Of a stretch of DNA of 64,000 bases, positions 8,620 through 18,891 are shown piece by piece. The position numbers and the translations under genes were made by a program. This stretch comes from Candidatus Poribacteria bacterium (GTDB lineage Bacteria > Poribacteria > WGA-4E > WGA-3G): positions 2,752,001 through 2,816,000 of the forward strand of contig CBDANF010000003.1 of the NCBI GenBank assembly GCA_965197475.1. The letters are read 5' to 3'. How positions within the stretch are numbered: position 1 is the first letter of the stretch; every line of letters begins with the position of its first letter. Below the pieces are notes generated by a model. The model saw only the letters and a program-made list of their open reading frames with translations, ran no database searches and was not told where the DNA came from.

Positions 8620-10668
8620 TTAATCAATTCTTCTTCGCTGATACAGGAACCATTCTACAACACTTAAAATCACAGCGAGAAAAACCAAGTAGATCCAAGG
8701 CGGATAGCGGAAAAATGAACCACCACTTAATAGGTCAGATTCTGTCAATAGATCCTCAATTCCATCAACAGCACTGATGTGTGATTCCGTTTCACTTGCA
8801 AGATTGACAGCCCATAACTTTTTGTGGTCATCGTCTTCTGTCGTTTCGTTTTCAGCTGTCTCGTCCGTGGGTTCATTTGAGGTGGTCAACTCGTAAAAAC
8901 CCGCATGTTGTGTCTGATCAAAGAGCATCTCATCATTTTCAACAGGAACGTCCCACGTGTTGTCATTAGGACCGGTAACCTTTACAGTCATCGGCGTGTT
9001 TTCGGGCGGGACATCCTCTTGCTGATTAGTCTGCGCTTGTGATATATCCTGCGAATCTATCTTATAACGAAGCACCTTACCTGTCCGTAGGTGATATTCC
9101 TGAATTCCTTCTCCTTGTTGGAACCACTGGATCGTGTTGGCTATAATGACTGGAAATGCAATGCGCAACGGCAGGTCAGATTCCAGGATGTTAATAGCAG
9201 CGAAGACGGTTTTTCTATTCGGCGTTACATCAACGAACAGGACAGGAGATTCAAATGAACGCGCAAGGATTTGGGCGGTGGATGGAGGTTGGACTTCGTA
9301 TGCCTCACCGATTAGGACATTTTCTAAATGGACGTGTCGGAGAATAGGATGTGTCCGATCCCAATCGGTGATGATTGGAGTTTCAAGCGATTCCCCGATT
9401 TCCCATGCTGCGATAGCGGTATCTTCTCCGACATCTGGAGAATTGGCTGATTTGGGAGGGTAGATAAACATGTAATTCCCATCACCGAGTGTCGGCGGAC
9501 TATACCGATCGAAAATAACGACCTGAGCGTCAATAGCCGAAGAATCGTATTCTGCAGGGGCGACAACAGTTAGGTTCAGTTTATCGTCAACGGATAGTAC
9601 TTTTTCGAGAAACGGATTTTCTTCTGTTACCAGCAAAATAGAGGTCTGTTCACGTTTTGGCAACGTTGCGTAGGCGACATTGTCAGTGGGAAGCGCGTCT
9701 GTGATGTCCAAAACAGCCTTAAGTTCGCCGCCTTCAAAGGTAAAATTGCTGAAAATCTCAGATTTGCTTTCTCCAGGAGCAATCGTGTAAGGACGTACAT
9801 CAAAGAGACTCTCGTTAAAATAGAGTTCAACACTACACTTCTTTTCTTCATCTGAGGCATTGACGACGGTCAATAGTGTTTCGTAATCGAAGGCATTAAC
9901 AAGGCTTTTGCGCACGCGAAATTGGGTGATGCCAACATTGTTACTCTCTTCGCCAATTCGCAACAGATGAAGTTTAATCTTTTCTTGTTGAACTTGATCT
10001 TCTTCGGAACTTGTGTTTTGCGATTGTGTTTTTTGGAATTCAGCAAGGGTATCATCGGAAACAAATTGAAAATCGCTAAAAATAATAATTTCGGGGTTAG
10101 GTTTTGTTTGTGCAACAGCAAATGCTAAATCCACAGCAGGTTTTAGATCTGTTTTTATGTCGGTTGGTTTAATTGATTCAATTGCTTGTCGGAGTGTTTT
10201 CCGATGATTGGTAAACGGAGTATGAATTACGGGACGCGTATGGCAGCTGATAACTGACATTTCATCCATGAAACGAAGTCCTTGCACTATTCGGAGGGCT
10301 TGCTGTTTTGCCGAATCCAACCGGGATTCGGAAGAAGGGTTATCAGGATCGAGAACCAGAACTGCATTCATGCTTGCCGAATGATCTACAATCAAGATGA
10401 GTTGTCGCGCGGACTTCGTAATGAATGCGAACTGCGGTCGCGCAACTGCAAACACTAAAAGTGCCAGAAATAGCAATTGCAGCAATAGCGATAATAGATG
10501 CTTAAGTCTTTGAAACAGAGAAGTCGTTTGTCTCTCTTTAAAAAGTTGTTCCCAAAACATCAGGGTAGAGACAGGTTCACGTCTCCGCCGCAATTTGAGA
10601 ATGTACAACGCAATTATTGGAATCGCAAGACCAAATAGAAATAGGGAGGTGGGAGATAAAAAATTCAT
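8620..10668 (-). CDS. BatA N-terminal double-TM + VWA domain protein
   Basis: MNFLSP..LFLFGLAIPIIALYILK, DHSASM MIDAS, FSDF, C-terminal TM ending VEWFLYQRR. Confidence 0.85.
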   Translation of the reverse strand: MNFLSPTSLFLFGLAIPIIALYILKLRRRREPVSTLMFWEQLFKERQTTSLFQRLKHLLSLLLQLLFLALLVFAVARPQFAFITKSARQLILIVDHSASMNAVLVLDPDNPSSESRLDSAKQQALRIVQGLRFMDEMSVISCHTRPVIHTPFTNHRKTLRQAIESIKPTDIKTDLKPAVDLAFAVAQTKPNPEIIIFSDFQFVSDDTLAEFQKTQSQNTSSEEDQVQQEKIKLHLLRIGEESNNVGITQFRVRKSLVNAFDYETLLTVVNASDEEKKCSVELYFNESLFDVRPYTIAPGESKSEIFSNFTFEGGELKAVLDITDALPTDNVAYATLPKREQTSILLVTEENPFLEKVLSVDDKLNLTVVAPAEYDSSAIDAQVVIFDRYSPPTLGDGNYMFIYPPKSANSPDVGEDTAIAAWEIGESLETPIITDWDRTHPILRHVHLENVLIGEAYEVQPPSTAQILARSFESPVLFVDVTPNRKTVFAAINILESDLPLRIAFPVIIANTIQWFQQGEGIQEYHLRTGKVLRYKIDSQDISQAQTNQQEDVPPENTPMTVKVTGPNDNTWDVPVENDEMLFDQTQHAGFYELTTSNEPTDETAENETTEDDDHKKLWAVNLASETESHISAVDGIEDLLTESDLLSGGSFFRYPPWIYLVFLAVILSVVEWFLYQRRRID

Positions 10669-10710
10669 CTATCAATTTCAGCCGGACAACCTTTGGTCAA
10701 AATTGATCCG

Positions 10711-11598
10711 TTAAGACACAAAACCACCCATTCGGAAGATGCGGAGGATAAGTTCTTCAAAAGGGGCTTTCGTCATTGTACGCACAATACTAATCTCTCG
10801 CTGTGTGCAATATCGGTCAAGGTCATCACAATATTTGTTGAAAAGATCCTTGTAGCGTTTAATATGATTTTCGTTAATGGTCACAGGGCGGAGTTGATTA
10901 GTTTCAACATCAACAAGATGGTAATCGCCAAGAAGGCTGGGTTCCGCTTCCTTTTCGTCAATGATGTGAATAACAAAAAGATCATGTTTTTGAAATTTCA
11001 GCATATTCAGCCCGGCAGTAAACCCTTTCGGATCAAAGAGATCGGAAATAAGAACGACTAACCCGCGACGTTTGGTCATGTGGACAAAATTGTGAAATGC
11101 GTTTTCCAGATCTGTTTCGCCAATGCCACTAATCTGATCAAGAAAATTGAGAACGGTGAAAATTTTCCCTTTTCCGCGTTCTGTAGGCAACCGGTTCATA
11201 TCGGTAGTGTTAAAAGCAGTAATCCCGATACGGTCGAGATTAGATAAACCGATGTAGGCAAGTGCAGCGGCAACCCGTTTGGCATAAATCAGTTTTGGTA
11301 GCTCGCCGTAAGTCATGGATTGGCTTGCATCAACAAGGAAGTAGATGTGCAAGTCTTCCCGCTCTTCGTAGAGTTTTAGCAAGAGTTCGTCTAATCTTGC
11401 GAAGGCGTTCCAATCAATGTAGCGGAAATCATCGCCAGGAGTGTAGTTGCGGTAATCTGCGAATTCTACGCTAACACCTCGGCGTGTGCTACGACGTTCA
11501 GCCTTGATTCGTCCGGCAAAGATCTTTTTTGAAACTATATAGAGATACTCAAGTTTTTTGAGGAAATCGCTGTCAAAGGCGGATTGTGTGTCGTTCAT
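10711..11598 (-). CDS. DUF58 family protein
   Basis: EFADYRNYTPGDDFRYIDWN, DASQSM, LISDL. Confidence 0.92.
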   Translation of the reverse strand: MNDTQSAFDSDFLKKLEYLYIVSKKIFAGRIKAERRSTRRGVSVEFADYRNYTPGDDFRYIDWNAFARLDELLLKLYEEREDLHIYFLVDASQSMTYGELPKLIYAKRVAAALAYIGLSNLDRIGITAFNTTDMNRLPTERGKGKIFTVLNFLDQISGIGETDLENAFHNFVHMTKRRGLVVLISDLFDPKGFTAGLNMLKFQKHDLFVIHIIDEKEAEPSLLGDYHLVDVETNQLRPVTINENHIKRYKDLFNKYCDDLDRYCTQREISIVRTMTKAPFEELILRIFRMGGFVS

Positions 11599-11624
11599 TT
11601 AAATACCTACTACGTTTTGGAGGT

Positions 11625-11700
11625 TATACCAAATTAACTTGATAAGGTCAACCCGTAGGTTGGGTAGAGCGGAGCGAAACCCGACTTTGAAATTGGATTA
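11625..11700. repeat. MITE ends enclosing a GTAG REP
   Basis: tataccaaattaacttga...gtaggttgggtagagcggagcgaaacccgac...aattggatta. Confidence 0.55.
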
Positions 11701-11714
11701 TTTATGAACCACTT

Positions 11715-12698
11715 TCAATCAATTACTTCTAACAGATGCTGGATGATTTTGTCAGGGTCAATACCTTCTGCTTCGCCTTCAAAGCTGAGAATAAGACGAT
11801 GGCGTAGACTTGGAAATGCGACTGCTTGAATGTCCTCACGTGCAACGTTATATCTACCATCAAGGATTGCGCGGACCTTACTTGCGAGAATCAGTGCTTG
11901 CGCACCACGCGGACTTGATCCATAGCGAACATATTTTTTCGTTAGTTCCGGTGCATCCTCAACTTCAGGGTGTGTCCCCATAACAATTCGCAACGCATAT
12001 TTACGAACATCTTCAGCAACAAGAATATCACGAACTATCTGCTCCAGATCGTTAATTTGTTTACCATCGCAGACCTTATCAACAGACGGCATTTCTCGCT
12101 TCGTTGTGCGTTCCATTACAAGGTCAAGTTCATCAAGGCTTGGAAATTCAACCTTGAGCTTGAAAAAGAAGCGGTCAAGTTGTGCTTCTGGCAAAGGATA
12201 GGTGCCTTCCATTTCCAAGGGATTTTGTGTTGCCATGACGAAAAACGGTAAATCCAGAGGGCGATGTTGTCCGGCGACTGTTACAGATTTTTCCTGCATC
12301 GCCTCAAGCAAGGCAGATTGTGTTTTAGGGGTTGCGCGGTTGATTTCGTCAGCGAGAACAAGATTTGCGAAGATAGGTCCATGTTGGAATTCAAAGAATT
12401 TTTGTCCGTTTTCATCCTCAGCAACGATGGTAGTACCAACGATGTCTGCTGGCATCAGATCAGGTGTAAACTGAATCCTTTGAAATTCCAGGTCAAGAAC
12501 TTCCTTAAGTGTGCGGATGAGTAGTGTTTTGCCTAAACCGGGCACTCCTTCCAATAGCGCATGTCCTCCTGTCATTAAGCAAATTAGAACACCCTCAATA
12601 ATTTCCTTTTGACCGACGATTCGCTTTGAGATCTCTTCTTGTATTTTAAGAAAGGTCTCGCGGAATTCTTCATGTTTTTGTTCTACTTGTTCGGACAT
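11715..12698 (-). CDS. moxR: MoxR-family AAA+ ATPase
   Basis: GVPGLGKT, RIQFTPDLMPAD, DEINRATPKTQSALLE, NPLEMEGTYPLPEAQLDRF. Confidence 0.95.
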   Translation of the reverse strand: MSEQVEQKHEEFRETFLKIQEEISKRIVGQKEIIEGVLICLMTGGHALLEGVPGLGKTLLIRTLKEVLDLEFQRIQFTPDLMPADIVGTTIVAEDENGQKFFEFQHGPIFANLVLADEINRATPKTQSALLEAMQEKSVTVAGQHRPLDLPFFVMATQNPLEMEGTYPLPEAQLDRFFFKLKVEFPSLDELDLVMERTTKREMPSVDKVCDGKQINDLEQIVRDILVAEDVRKYALRIVMGTHPEVEDAPELTKKYVRYGSSPRGAQALILASKVRAILDGRYNVAREDIQAVAFPSLRHRLILSFEGEAEGIDPDKIIQHLLEVID

Positions 12699-12730
12699 TT
12701 TTCTCCCTAACTGCTAATAGTGCTTGGCAT

Positions 12731-12768
12731 TAAATCACCGCAAAGATATATAATCTCTGCGGTGATTT
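12731..12768. terminator. Intergenic hairpin
   Basis: aaatcaccgcaaagat...atctctgcggtgattt inverted repeat. Confidence 0.5.
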
Positions 12769-12784
12769 GTATTACAACTTAAAT

Positions 12785-14245
12785 TTACTCTTCAGTCGGT
12801 TTAATCGATTCAAAGTAGCGTTTCACATAGAACTTATATCCGAGCGGAATCTGTTCTTCCGTTAAAGCATCTTCAGAAAGCTTCTGATATTTCATATATG
12901 CATCTTTATAACTAAGTGTAGATTCCTGACCTTCAGCTGATGCTTTGGTTGTTTGAACAGTGGAACTGCCTTCACCTTGAACGCCAGTGATGTTTTCAAG
13001 ATTGAGGGTAGAATCAAGTGAGGTAAAATCACCCTGTTGGGATTCGGAAGTCTTATTGCCTGCTTTATTCGTCGGATTATTACCATTTCCTTGGCAACAT
13101 GCTGCTATGCATGCCTTACATTCCTCACATTCGCACAGCAATTCTGTCAATTTTTGATTACGATTCTGAAGGAGTGAAAAATCGCGTATCTGTTTGCTTG
13201 AAGCACTAAGGTTTTTTTGCGTTCCTTCGGAATCGTTCCCTTCCATTGCTTCACCTGCGCCTGCTAACTTCCCACCAAGTCCATCAAGGTCAGTGTCCTT
13301 TAGACTTTTGCCCGCACGTTTGAGTTCACCGGACAAGTTCTGACGTTGTTCTTGGTCAAACTTCGGTACATCCTTTGCCACTTTGTCAAGTTTTTCAGCA
13401 GCTTTTTGATAATCACCGCGTTTCAACTGTTGCCCGAATTCGCCAAGGATCGGATTACCGATGAATTGTTGTCCGAGTCCCTTCATAAGTTCTTCCTGCT
13501 GCGCCATTTTGAGCGGATCAATTTTCGTTTTCAACAGCGCACTCAATTCGGTCATTCTGGCAAGAGCGTCCTTAGGCGTAATCTGCGGTTTTTTCAATTC
13601 AAGCGTTCGTTTTTCGATCTCTTCCAAGATCTCTTTAAGTTCCTGATCCTCGCCTTCTTCAGCCTCTTTCTTCGCCTCTTCAATCGTTTTCAATAACGTA
13701 TCGGCTTCCGCTGCAATTTGCGGCGATTGCGGCGAAAAGTCAATTTCCGTTGAAGTAGCAGGCGGTGCGAAAAACTCTACAAACGAGAAAGCGACGAGAA
13801 ACACTACGACAATAGCAATAAGCTTGGTTTCACGCGGAACAGTATATCGCGCAACCTGTTTGATGGGGACTGTTTGTAACCTTTTAGACGTATCTTGAAG
13901 TTGAAGAGCGGTCAAAGTTTCATTGGTTTTCCGTTGAATCTGTTCTAACCCACTAACAACACGGTCCTTAAGAGATGCGTCTATGTCAATCGCCCGGGCT
14001 GCTTCATAAAGATCAATTGGTCGAACGAGACGGACTACGAGAGCGACCACTGCAATGCCACACGCAACCCATAGGAATACCAATGGCGGAATGTTAAAAG
14101 ATGTGATGACGCTATCAGCAACAACTACCGGCACACACACCAAAAGTCCATATAATAGAAACGTCGCGAGCATTTGAAAATATCCTTGCACGCTCAAACG
14201 GCGGCGCACTTGGCGAATCTTTTCAAGAATCAATTTTTCCTGCAC
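12785..14245 (-). CDS. Membrane protein with long coiled coil (MoxR-operon associated)
   Basis: Three TM segments, LKDRVVSGLE, coiled coil, C-terminal IPLGYKFYVKRYFE. Confidence 0.8.
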   Translation of the reverse strand: MQEKLILEKIRQVRRRLSVQGYFQMLATFLLYGLLVCVPVVVADSVITSFNIPPLVFLWVACGIAVVALVVRLVRPIDLYEAARAIDIDASLKDRVVSGLEQIQRKTNETLTALQLQDTSKRLQTVPIKQVARYTVPRETKLIAIVVVFLVAFSFVEFFAPPATSTEIDFSPQSPQIAAEADTLLKTIEEAKKEAEEGEDQELKEILEEIEKRTLELKKPQITPKDALARMTELSALLKTKIDPLKMAQQEELMKGLGQQFIGNPILGEFGQQLKRGDYQKAAEKLDKVAKDVPKFDQEQRQNLSGELKRAGKSLKDTDLDGLGGKLAGAGEAMEGNDSEGTQKNLSASSKQIRDFSLLQNRNQKLTELLCECEECKACIAACCQGNGNNPTNKAGNKTSESQQGDFTSLDSTLNLENITGVQGEGSSTVQTTKASAEGQESTLSYKDAYMKYQKLSEDALTEEQIPLGYKFYVKRYFESIKPTEE

Positions 14246-14414
14246 GAAGTATACCTCCTGTTAACCATAGTTCCTTCAAAACCTGGTAATTTCAGTGAAA
14301 ATGTTTACAGCCGGAACTCAATAGAGAAATCTATTTTGTGCTCTTTTTGCACATGTAAATAGTGTACTACATTCTTATATTATATGTCAAGCCTTTTTAA
14401 CATTTTTCGAAGCA

Positions 14415-14566
14415 TTATCTGTTATCAGGCCATCTATTATCCAACTTGACATCTCTCACAATTTTATCCCAGTCCCAGAGGAGCACGGTGCCATCTTCAG
14501 AACCGCTTGCAAGCATTTTTCCATTGTCGGAAAATGCCAATGTTTCTACTGAAGCTGTATGTCCTA
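14415..14566 (-). pseudogene. C-terminal remnant of a WD40 protein cut by IS630
   Basis: LGHTASVETLAFSDNGKMLASGSEDGTVLLWD; similarity stops at the IS end. Confidence 0.8.
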
Positions 14567-15720
14567 ATACCATTTCTGAATAATTATATTCCATTTGCGA
14601 CTTTCGTGAAATATTTAAAATTTGTGATTTGGGCAATAGCTGCCTTCGTATACTTTCTCAAGATTTGTGTGATTTTGTCCTGCATTTCCTCTATTGACCC
14701 CAATGTGTGCTGAAACAATTTGGCTTTGATGTCTTGCCAGAGTCTTTCGATCGGGTTCAACTCTGGACTATAAGGGGGTAGAAAAATCAAGGCGATATTG
14801 TCAGGAAGTTGTAGCGATTTCGCCTGATGAAAACGACCATTATCAAGCACAAGGACATTTAGCGTCTTTGGAAAAGTCTTTGCTAACTCATCAATGAATA
14901 CTTGGAAACAGACACCATTGAGCCAGGGCATTTCAAGGAAGAAACTTTCTCCTGTTATCGGTTCCACAGCACCGTATAGATAAAGGCTCTGGTAAGTGTG
15001 ATCAACATTGGCAATCGGTTTAACACCGCGTAAAGTGGGACGCCGAGACGACACAGGCAAAAGACCACACCTTGACTCGTCTTGGCAAAAAAGTCGGACG
15101 CTTTGAAAAGAAGATGCCTTCTCCGAAATCACCTCCTCAACTTTGGTAGCGAAGTTAGCAACGAACGCATCACACGCTACATCGTTTTTTTATGACTTTT
15201 GCGAGGCACTTTGAGTTTCGCATTCCATTTATACCGAACTAACGCATGAACTGTTTTATAGTGCATTTGGACACCGAAGGTTTCTTCAATATAATCTGTT
15301 ATCTGTTGATAACTGGAAAAACCTTCTGGTTTTTGAAGTTCCGCTCGCAGCAGCTCTTGTTGTTCTTTGGATAACCGAGGGGGATGCCCGGGGAATAATC
15401 ACGATCCAAAAGCGCATCAAGTCCTTCAGTCTCATAAGTCGCTATCCAGTGTCCAATCGTTTTTCGGCTGACACCTAACCTCTCAGCGACTTGCTTGCGA
15501 GTTATTGCTTGACCACTACGAAATAGGTAAAGGGCTGTCAATCTTTGCTTTTGATAACCTACTGATGTCTTTCTCAACAGCCTTTTCAACTCTGAAACAC
15601 TTTCTGTAATCTCTGGAGGTTTTATGTGCATTGGTATCAATCCTATGATTTGTATAATTGGAAAAAGTATAGCAGAAATTGAAAACTTTTAAAAGGATAA
15701 ATATATACAAGAAATGGTAT
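14567..15720 (-). mobile_element. IS630-family insertion sequence
   Basis: TIRs ataccatttct/agaaatggtat with TA on both sides (14565-14566, 15721-15722). Confidence 0.85.
14584..15640 (-). pseudogene. IS630 transposase in three frames
   Basis: HTH N-part; shift near 15385 into PRLSKEQQELL...KVPRKSHKK; A7 slippery site near 15186-15192 into the DDE part (QDESRCG, LDNGRFH, PPYSPELNPIERLW). The first shift is probably inactivating. Confidence 0.8.
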
Positions 15721-15727
15721 TACTATA

Positions 15728-18727
15728 CTATTTTTCAAGATTAATATAACGCATACCGCGGTCTTCTGTGCCTACGTATAACGTGTTTTCGTCAACAGCA
15801 AGAGAAGTTATACCTTCTGGTATTTCTGAAACAACCTGTTCCCAAGTGCCGTTTTTTAAGCGATAGATACCTGTCTTCTCGGTAACGCCATAAAGGGTGT
15901 TACCATCAACAGCTAAGCGTTCCATGATGAGATTTGTCCTCTCTGAATCGGTGACAGACCGCCAATGTTTTCCATTATCTGATGCAGCGACACCCGCGTC
16001 CGTTGCCAAATACACCGTGGGACCCGCAAACACAATCTCTTTGAAAGTTTTAAATGGAAACGGCAGAGCAGATGTGAGATCAATCCAATTAGTTCCCTTA
16101 TCAAATGATACGACGAGATGTCCATCCCGTTTTCCGACATAGACAGTGTTCCCTGAAACAGCAAGTTTGAGTTCTCTTATTGCTATGCGCAAAGGCAGTT
16201 CAACGGTTTCTTCCTGGTCGGTGTCGTACCATTCTGTATCCCCCTGCTTCCATCGGAAGAGCTTAAAGTTGTATTCCATATAGAACGTATCACCACTGAT
16301 TGCAAACGGTCCAATTAACCCAAATTGGCGAAGATTGTCTTGGAATAATCGGCGATAGTTCGGGTGTATAGAATCCATTTGAGCCAACTTTTTAAAGAAC
16401 TGCGTTGCACCAGAGGAACTTTCTTGCAATTGTTTAGCGAACGATTTTTCTGACAAAAAAGCCCCATTTCTATTAAGCAACAGGCTCTCTAAACGCGATG
16501 AATCAAAGATGGGCATGTCTTGAATCGGCACCAATGTATTTCCATCTGCAGATATGCGATATATACGTGTTTCTGGACTGCTAAAAGGTGATTCTGTACC
16601 TTTTGCATAGATAACACCGTCAGATTTAACTATCTGGATTATGTTAGGTGGTTCTTTTCTATTGGGATCCTGCATAAGTGTATCTGGTAGAATAGTTTTC
16701 CAAGACTTGCCCTTGTCAGTAGTTTTTAGCAGGTTCCCATTATTTCCATAAATAGTCGGAAGCATGTTTTGTCCTTTATTGCTTTCGTTATACACAATTA
16801 GATCACTTATAAAACTGTTATCCTTATCCGGATCAATATTTACTATGTTCCATGATTTGCCGCCATCAGTGGAACGATGGAGTTCGTCGTCGCTACTGAC
16901 GTAGAAAACACGTTCGTTTAATGCTACGGCGGGGATATTAGTGAATGTCCTCATAGGGGAAATGTCAGGAGCTTGTGGAGGCATCCAGGTATCTCCGCCA
17001 TCGGTGGAGCGCACCATACCTCGTTCCATTACCAGAAGTGTACCGCCAGCAGCGACAAGTCTGATACCGGGTGGCCACCCTTCTAAGGACCATGCGTTTG
17101 TTGGCGTTATATCTTTCCAGGAATTTCCCAAGTCAGTTGAACGGAATATCCACCAAGTACGTTGTTGTCCCTTCAAAGCTGCCTCAGGATCCGTAAATTC
17201 TGCCATTACATACAGTCGATCTTTAGTGGCTGCGGCTGTGATGACGCCTATTGCCTCAGGTACTGGGAATTCTAAGCGTTGCCAGCTGTCACTGTTCCAG
17301 CGATACAGTCCGGAATTTGTTATTGCAAACATCTTGTCTTGGATTGTTACTAAAGATTGAAGTTCTCCGGGATATTCATTGCTGATATCCTTCCATGTCT
17401 TGCCTTTATCTTCAGAACGGAAAGCCCCCTCGTCAAAAATGATATAAAACGCTTGTTCTGTTAGGAGTAGTTTTCTTGGAAAATCATATTCTTCCGGCAA
17501 TTGGTGAACTATATACCACGTTTTACCATCATCTTTTGAAGCCAAAAGCTTATTAGATGGGAGAATATAAAGGGTGTTGTCCCACTTTGCCATAGGAACT
17601 TCAAGTTCCCAATCGCCAGCTAGTGTGCTAATGTCGCTAAGGTATTGCCATTCCGTTCTGTCGTCTTGCAATTTGTATATGTGCCCACGAGCAAAAGTGT
17701 AAATCTCTCCTTCAGAGGTTGCAAGTAAACCTTCTACCATACTTCCTCTGGTGGGTTCAGACTTAACCCACTGCTGTTTAGCGACAGAAACATCTTCCCC
17801 TTCCGTCTGCGCGGCAGCCAATAAAACTGCATCAGGTTTCTCTCCGCGGTTATCACTTTTACCAAGTGCCTTTGAATTCCCAAGTTGATTTTGGATATCT
17901 GGTTTTACTTCAAGATTTAGCACAATAGGCGCGTCAATAAGTTCAACCGTCATCTCAGTCTGTGCATCCAAACTATAAGGTTTCTGAAAACGCGCTAAGT
18001 ATTGACTCCCTATGCTGAGCATCAACATAATCAAAAGCGCACTTGATGCAGCAACCGCCCACGGCACTAAAGGCTTGCTTCCAGTAGGTAACCCCGGTTT
18101 CAGTCGCGCTACTTCGCGCAAAATGTTATCGGTTAGGTTCGGTGAAATTTGAAAATGGTCGAGTGCTTCTCTAATCATCGGTTCCTCCTTTTGTAAACGG
18201 TTCCGCGCACGCTGCAGCCGACTTTTTATCGTTCCCGCAGACACCCCTAAGAACTTGCTAATCTCTTCACATGTCATCTCACCGAAGTAGTGAAGCGTCA
18301 TCACTGTGCGTTCGCTCTCTTTCAGTTTCGAGAGCAGCCTCTTCACAACTTCGCGTTGTGCCTCAATAGTTGTTTTAACGCGTTCTTCTGTGACATGTTT
18401 GGAATAAGTATCTCTTTGTGTCATCGTTGTCTCTACGTCCTCCAACGGTTGTGTTCGTACTCGTTTTTTGCGGAGCCAAGCATAGCATCGGCGCGTTGCA
18501 ATCACATAGAGCCACCCAGAAAACTGATTCGGATCTTTCAGGGTGTCAAGTCTTTGATACACTTTCAGGAAGGCATCCTGCGTTATCTCTTCAGCGATGT
18601 GGAAATCCCCAATTTTTCGCCAAGCCAGCGCGTGCACCGGCTTTTGATACTTTTTCACAAGTTCAGCGAAAGCGTTTTCATCGCCAGCAAGAACGCGTTG
18701 GATCAATTCAACATCGTCGTTTTTCAT
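15728..18727 (-). CDS. ECF sigma factor-TM-BNR/Asp-box beta-propeller fusion (copy A)
   Basis: Sigma2 (AEEITQDAFLKVY..FSGWLYVIA), sigma4 (EEISKFLGVSAGTIKSRLQRAR), TM near aa 220-243, repeated SxDxGxxW boxes. Confidence 0.9.
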   Translation of the reverse strand: MKNDDVELIQRVLAGDENAFAELVKKYQKPVHALAWRKIGDFHIAEEITQDAFLKVYQRLDTLKDPNQFSGWLYVIATRRCYAWLRKKRVRTQPLEDVETTMTQRDTYSKHVTEERVKTTIEAQREVVKRLLSKLKESERTVMTLHYFGEMTCEEISKFLGVSAGTIKSRLQRARNRLQKEEPMIREALDHFQISPNLTDNILREVARLKPGLPTGSKPLVPWAVAASSALLIMLMLSIGSQYLARFQKPYSLDAQTEMTVELIDAPIVLNLEVKPDIQNQLGNSKALGKSDNRGEKPDAVLLAAAQTEGEDVSVAKQQWVKSEPTRGSMVEGLLATSEGEIYTFARGHIYKLQDDRTEWQYLSDISTLAGDWELEVPMAKWDNTLYILPSNKLLASKDDGKTWYIVHQLPEEYDFPRKLLLTEQAFYIIFDEGAFRSEDKGKTWKDISNEYPGELQSLVTIQDKMFAITNSGLYRWNSDSWQRLEFPVPEAIGVITAAATKDRLYVMAEFTDPEAALKGQQRTWWIFRSTDLGNSWKDITPTNAWSLEGWPPGIRLVAAGGTLLVMERGMVRSTDGGDTWMPPQAPDISPMRTFTNIPAVALNERVFYVSSDDELHRSTDGGKSWNIVNIDPDKDNSFISDLIVYNESNKGQNMLPTIYGNNGNLLKTTDKGKSWKTILPDTLMQDPNRKEPPNIIQIVKSDGVIYAKGTESPFSSPETRIYRISADGNTLVPIQDMPIFDSSRLESLLLNRNGAFLSEKSFAKQLQESSSGATQFFKKLAQMDSIHPNYRRLFQDNLRQFGLIGPFAISGDTFYMEYNFKLFRWKQGDTEWYDTDQEETVELPLRIAIRELKLAVSGNTVYVGKRDGHLVVSFDKGTNWIDLTSALPFPFKTFKEIVFAGPTVYLATDAGVAASDNGKHWRSVTDSERTNLIMERLAVDGNTLYGVTEKTGIYRLKNGTWEQVVSEIPEGITSLAVDENTLYVGTEDRGMRYINLEK

Positions 18728-18776
18728 CAGGTGCCTCCAGAAAGGATAGGTTCAATATTTTATACTGAAACCTTGT

Positions 18777-18804
18777 GACGCGACTTAGGAGGAAAACGGT
18801 TGCA
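18777..18804 (-). promoter_or_regulatory. Putative ECF promoter of copy A
   Basis: TGCAAC-N18-CGTC; motif conserved upstream of all five fusion genes. Confidence 0.7.
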
Positions 18805-18891
18805 TAATTCTGCAAAAAACAGAGAATTTTGAAAGAAAAAGAGAGAATAGAGGAGGAAAGGCGGTATTTTGCACCATCCAGACAAGATACA

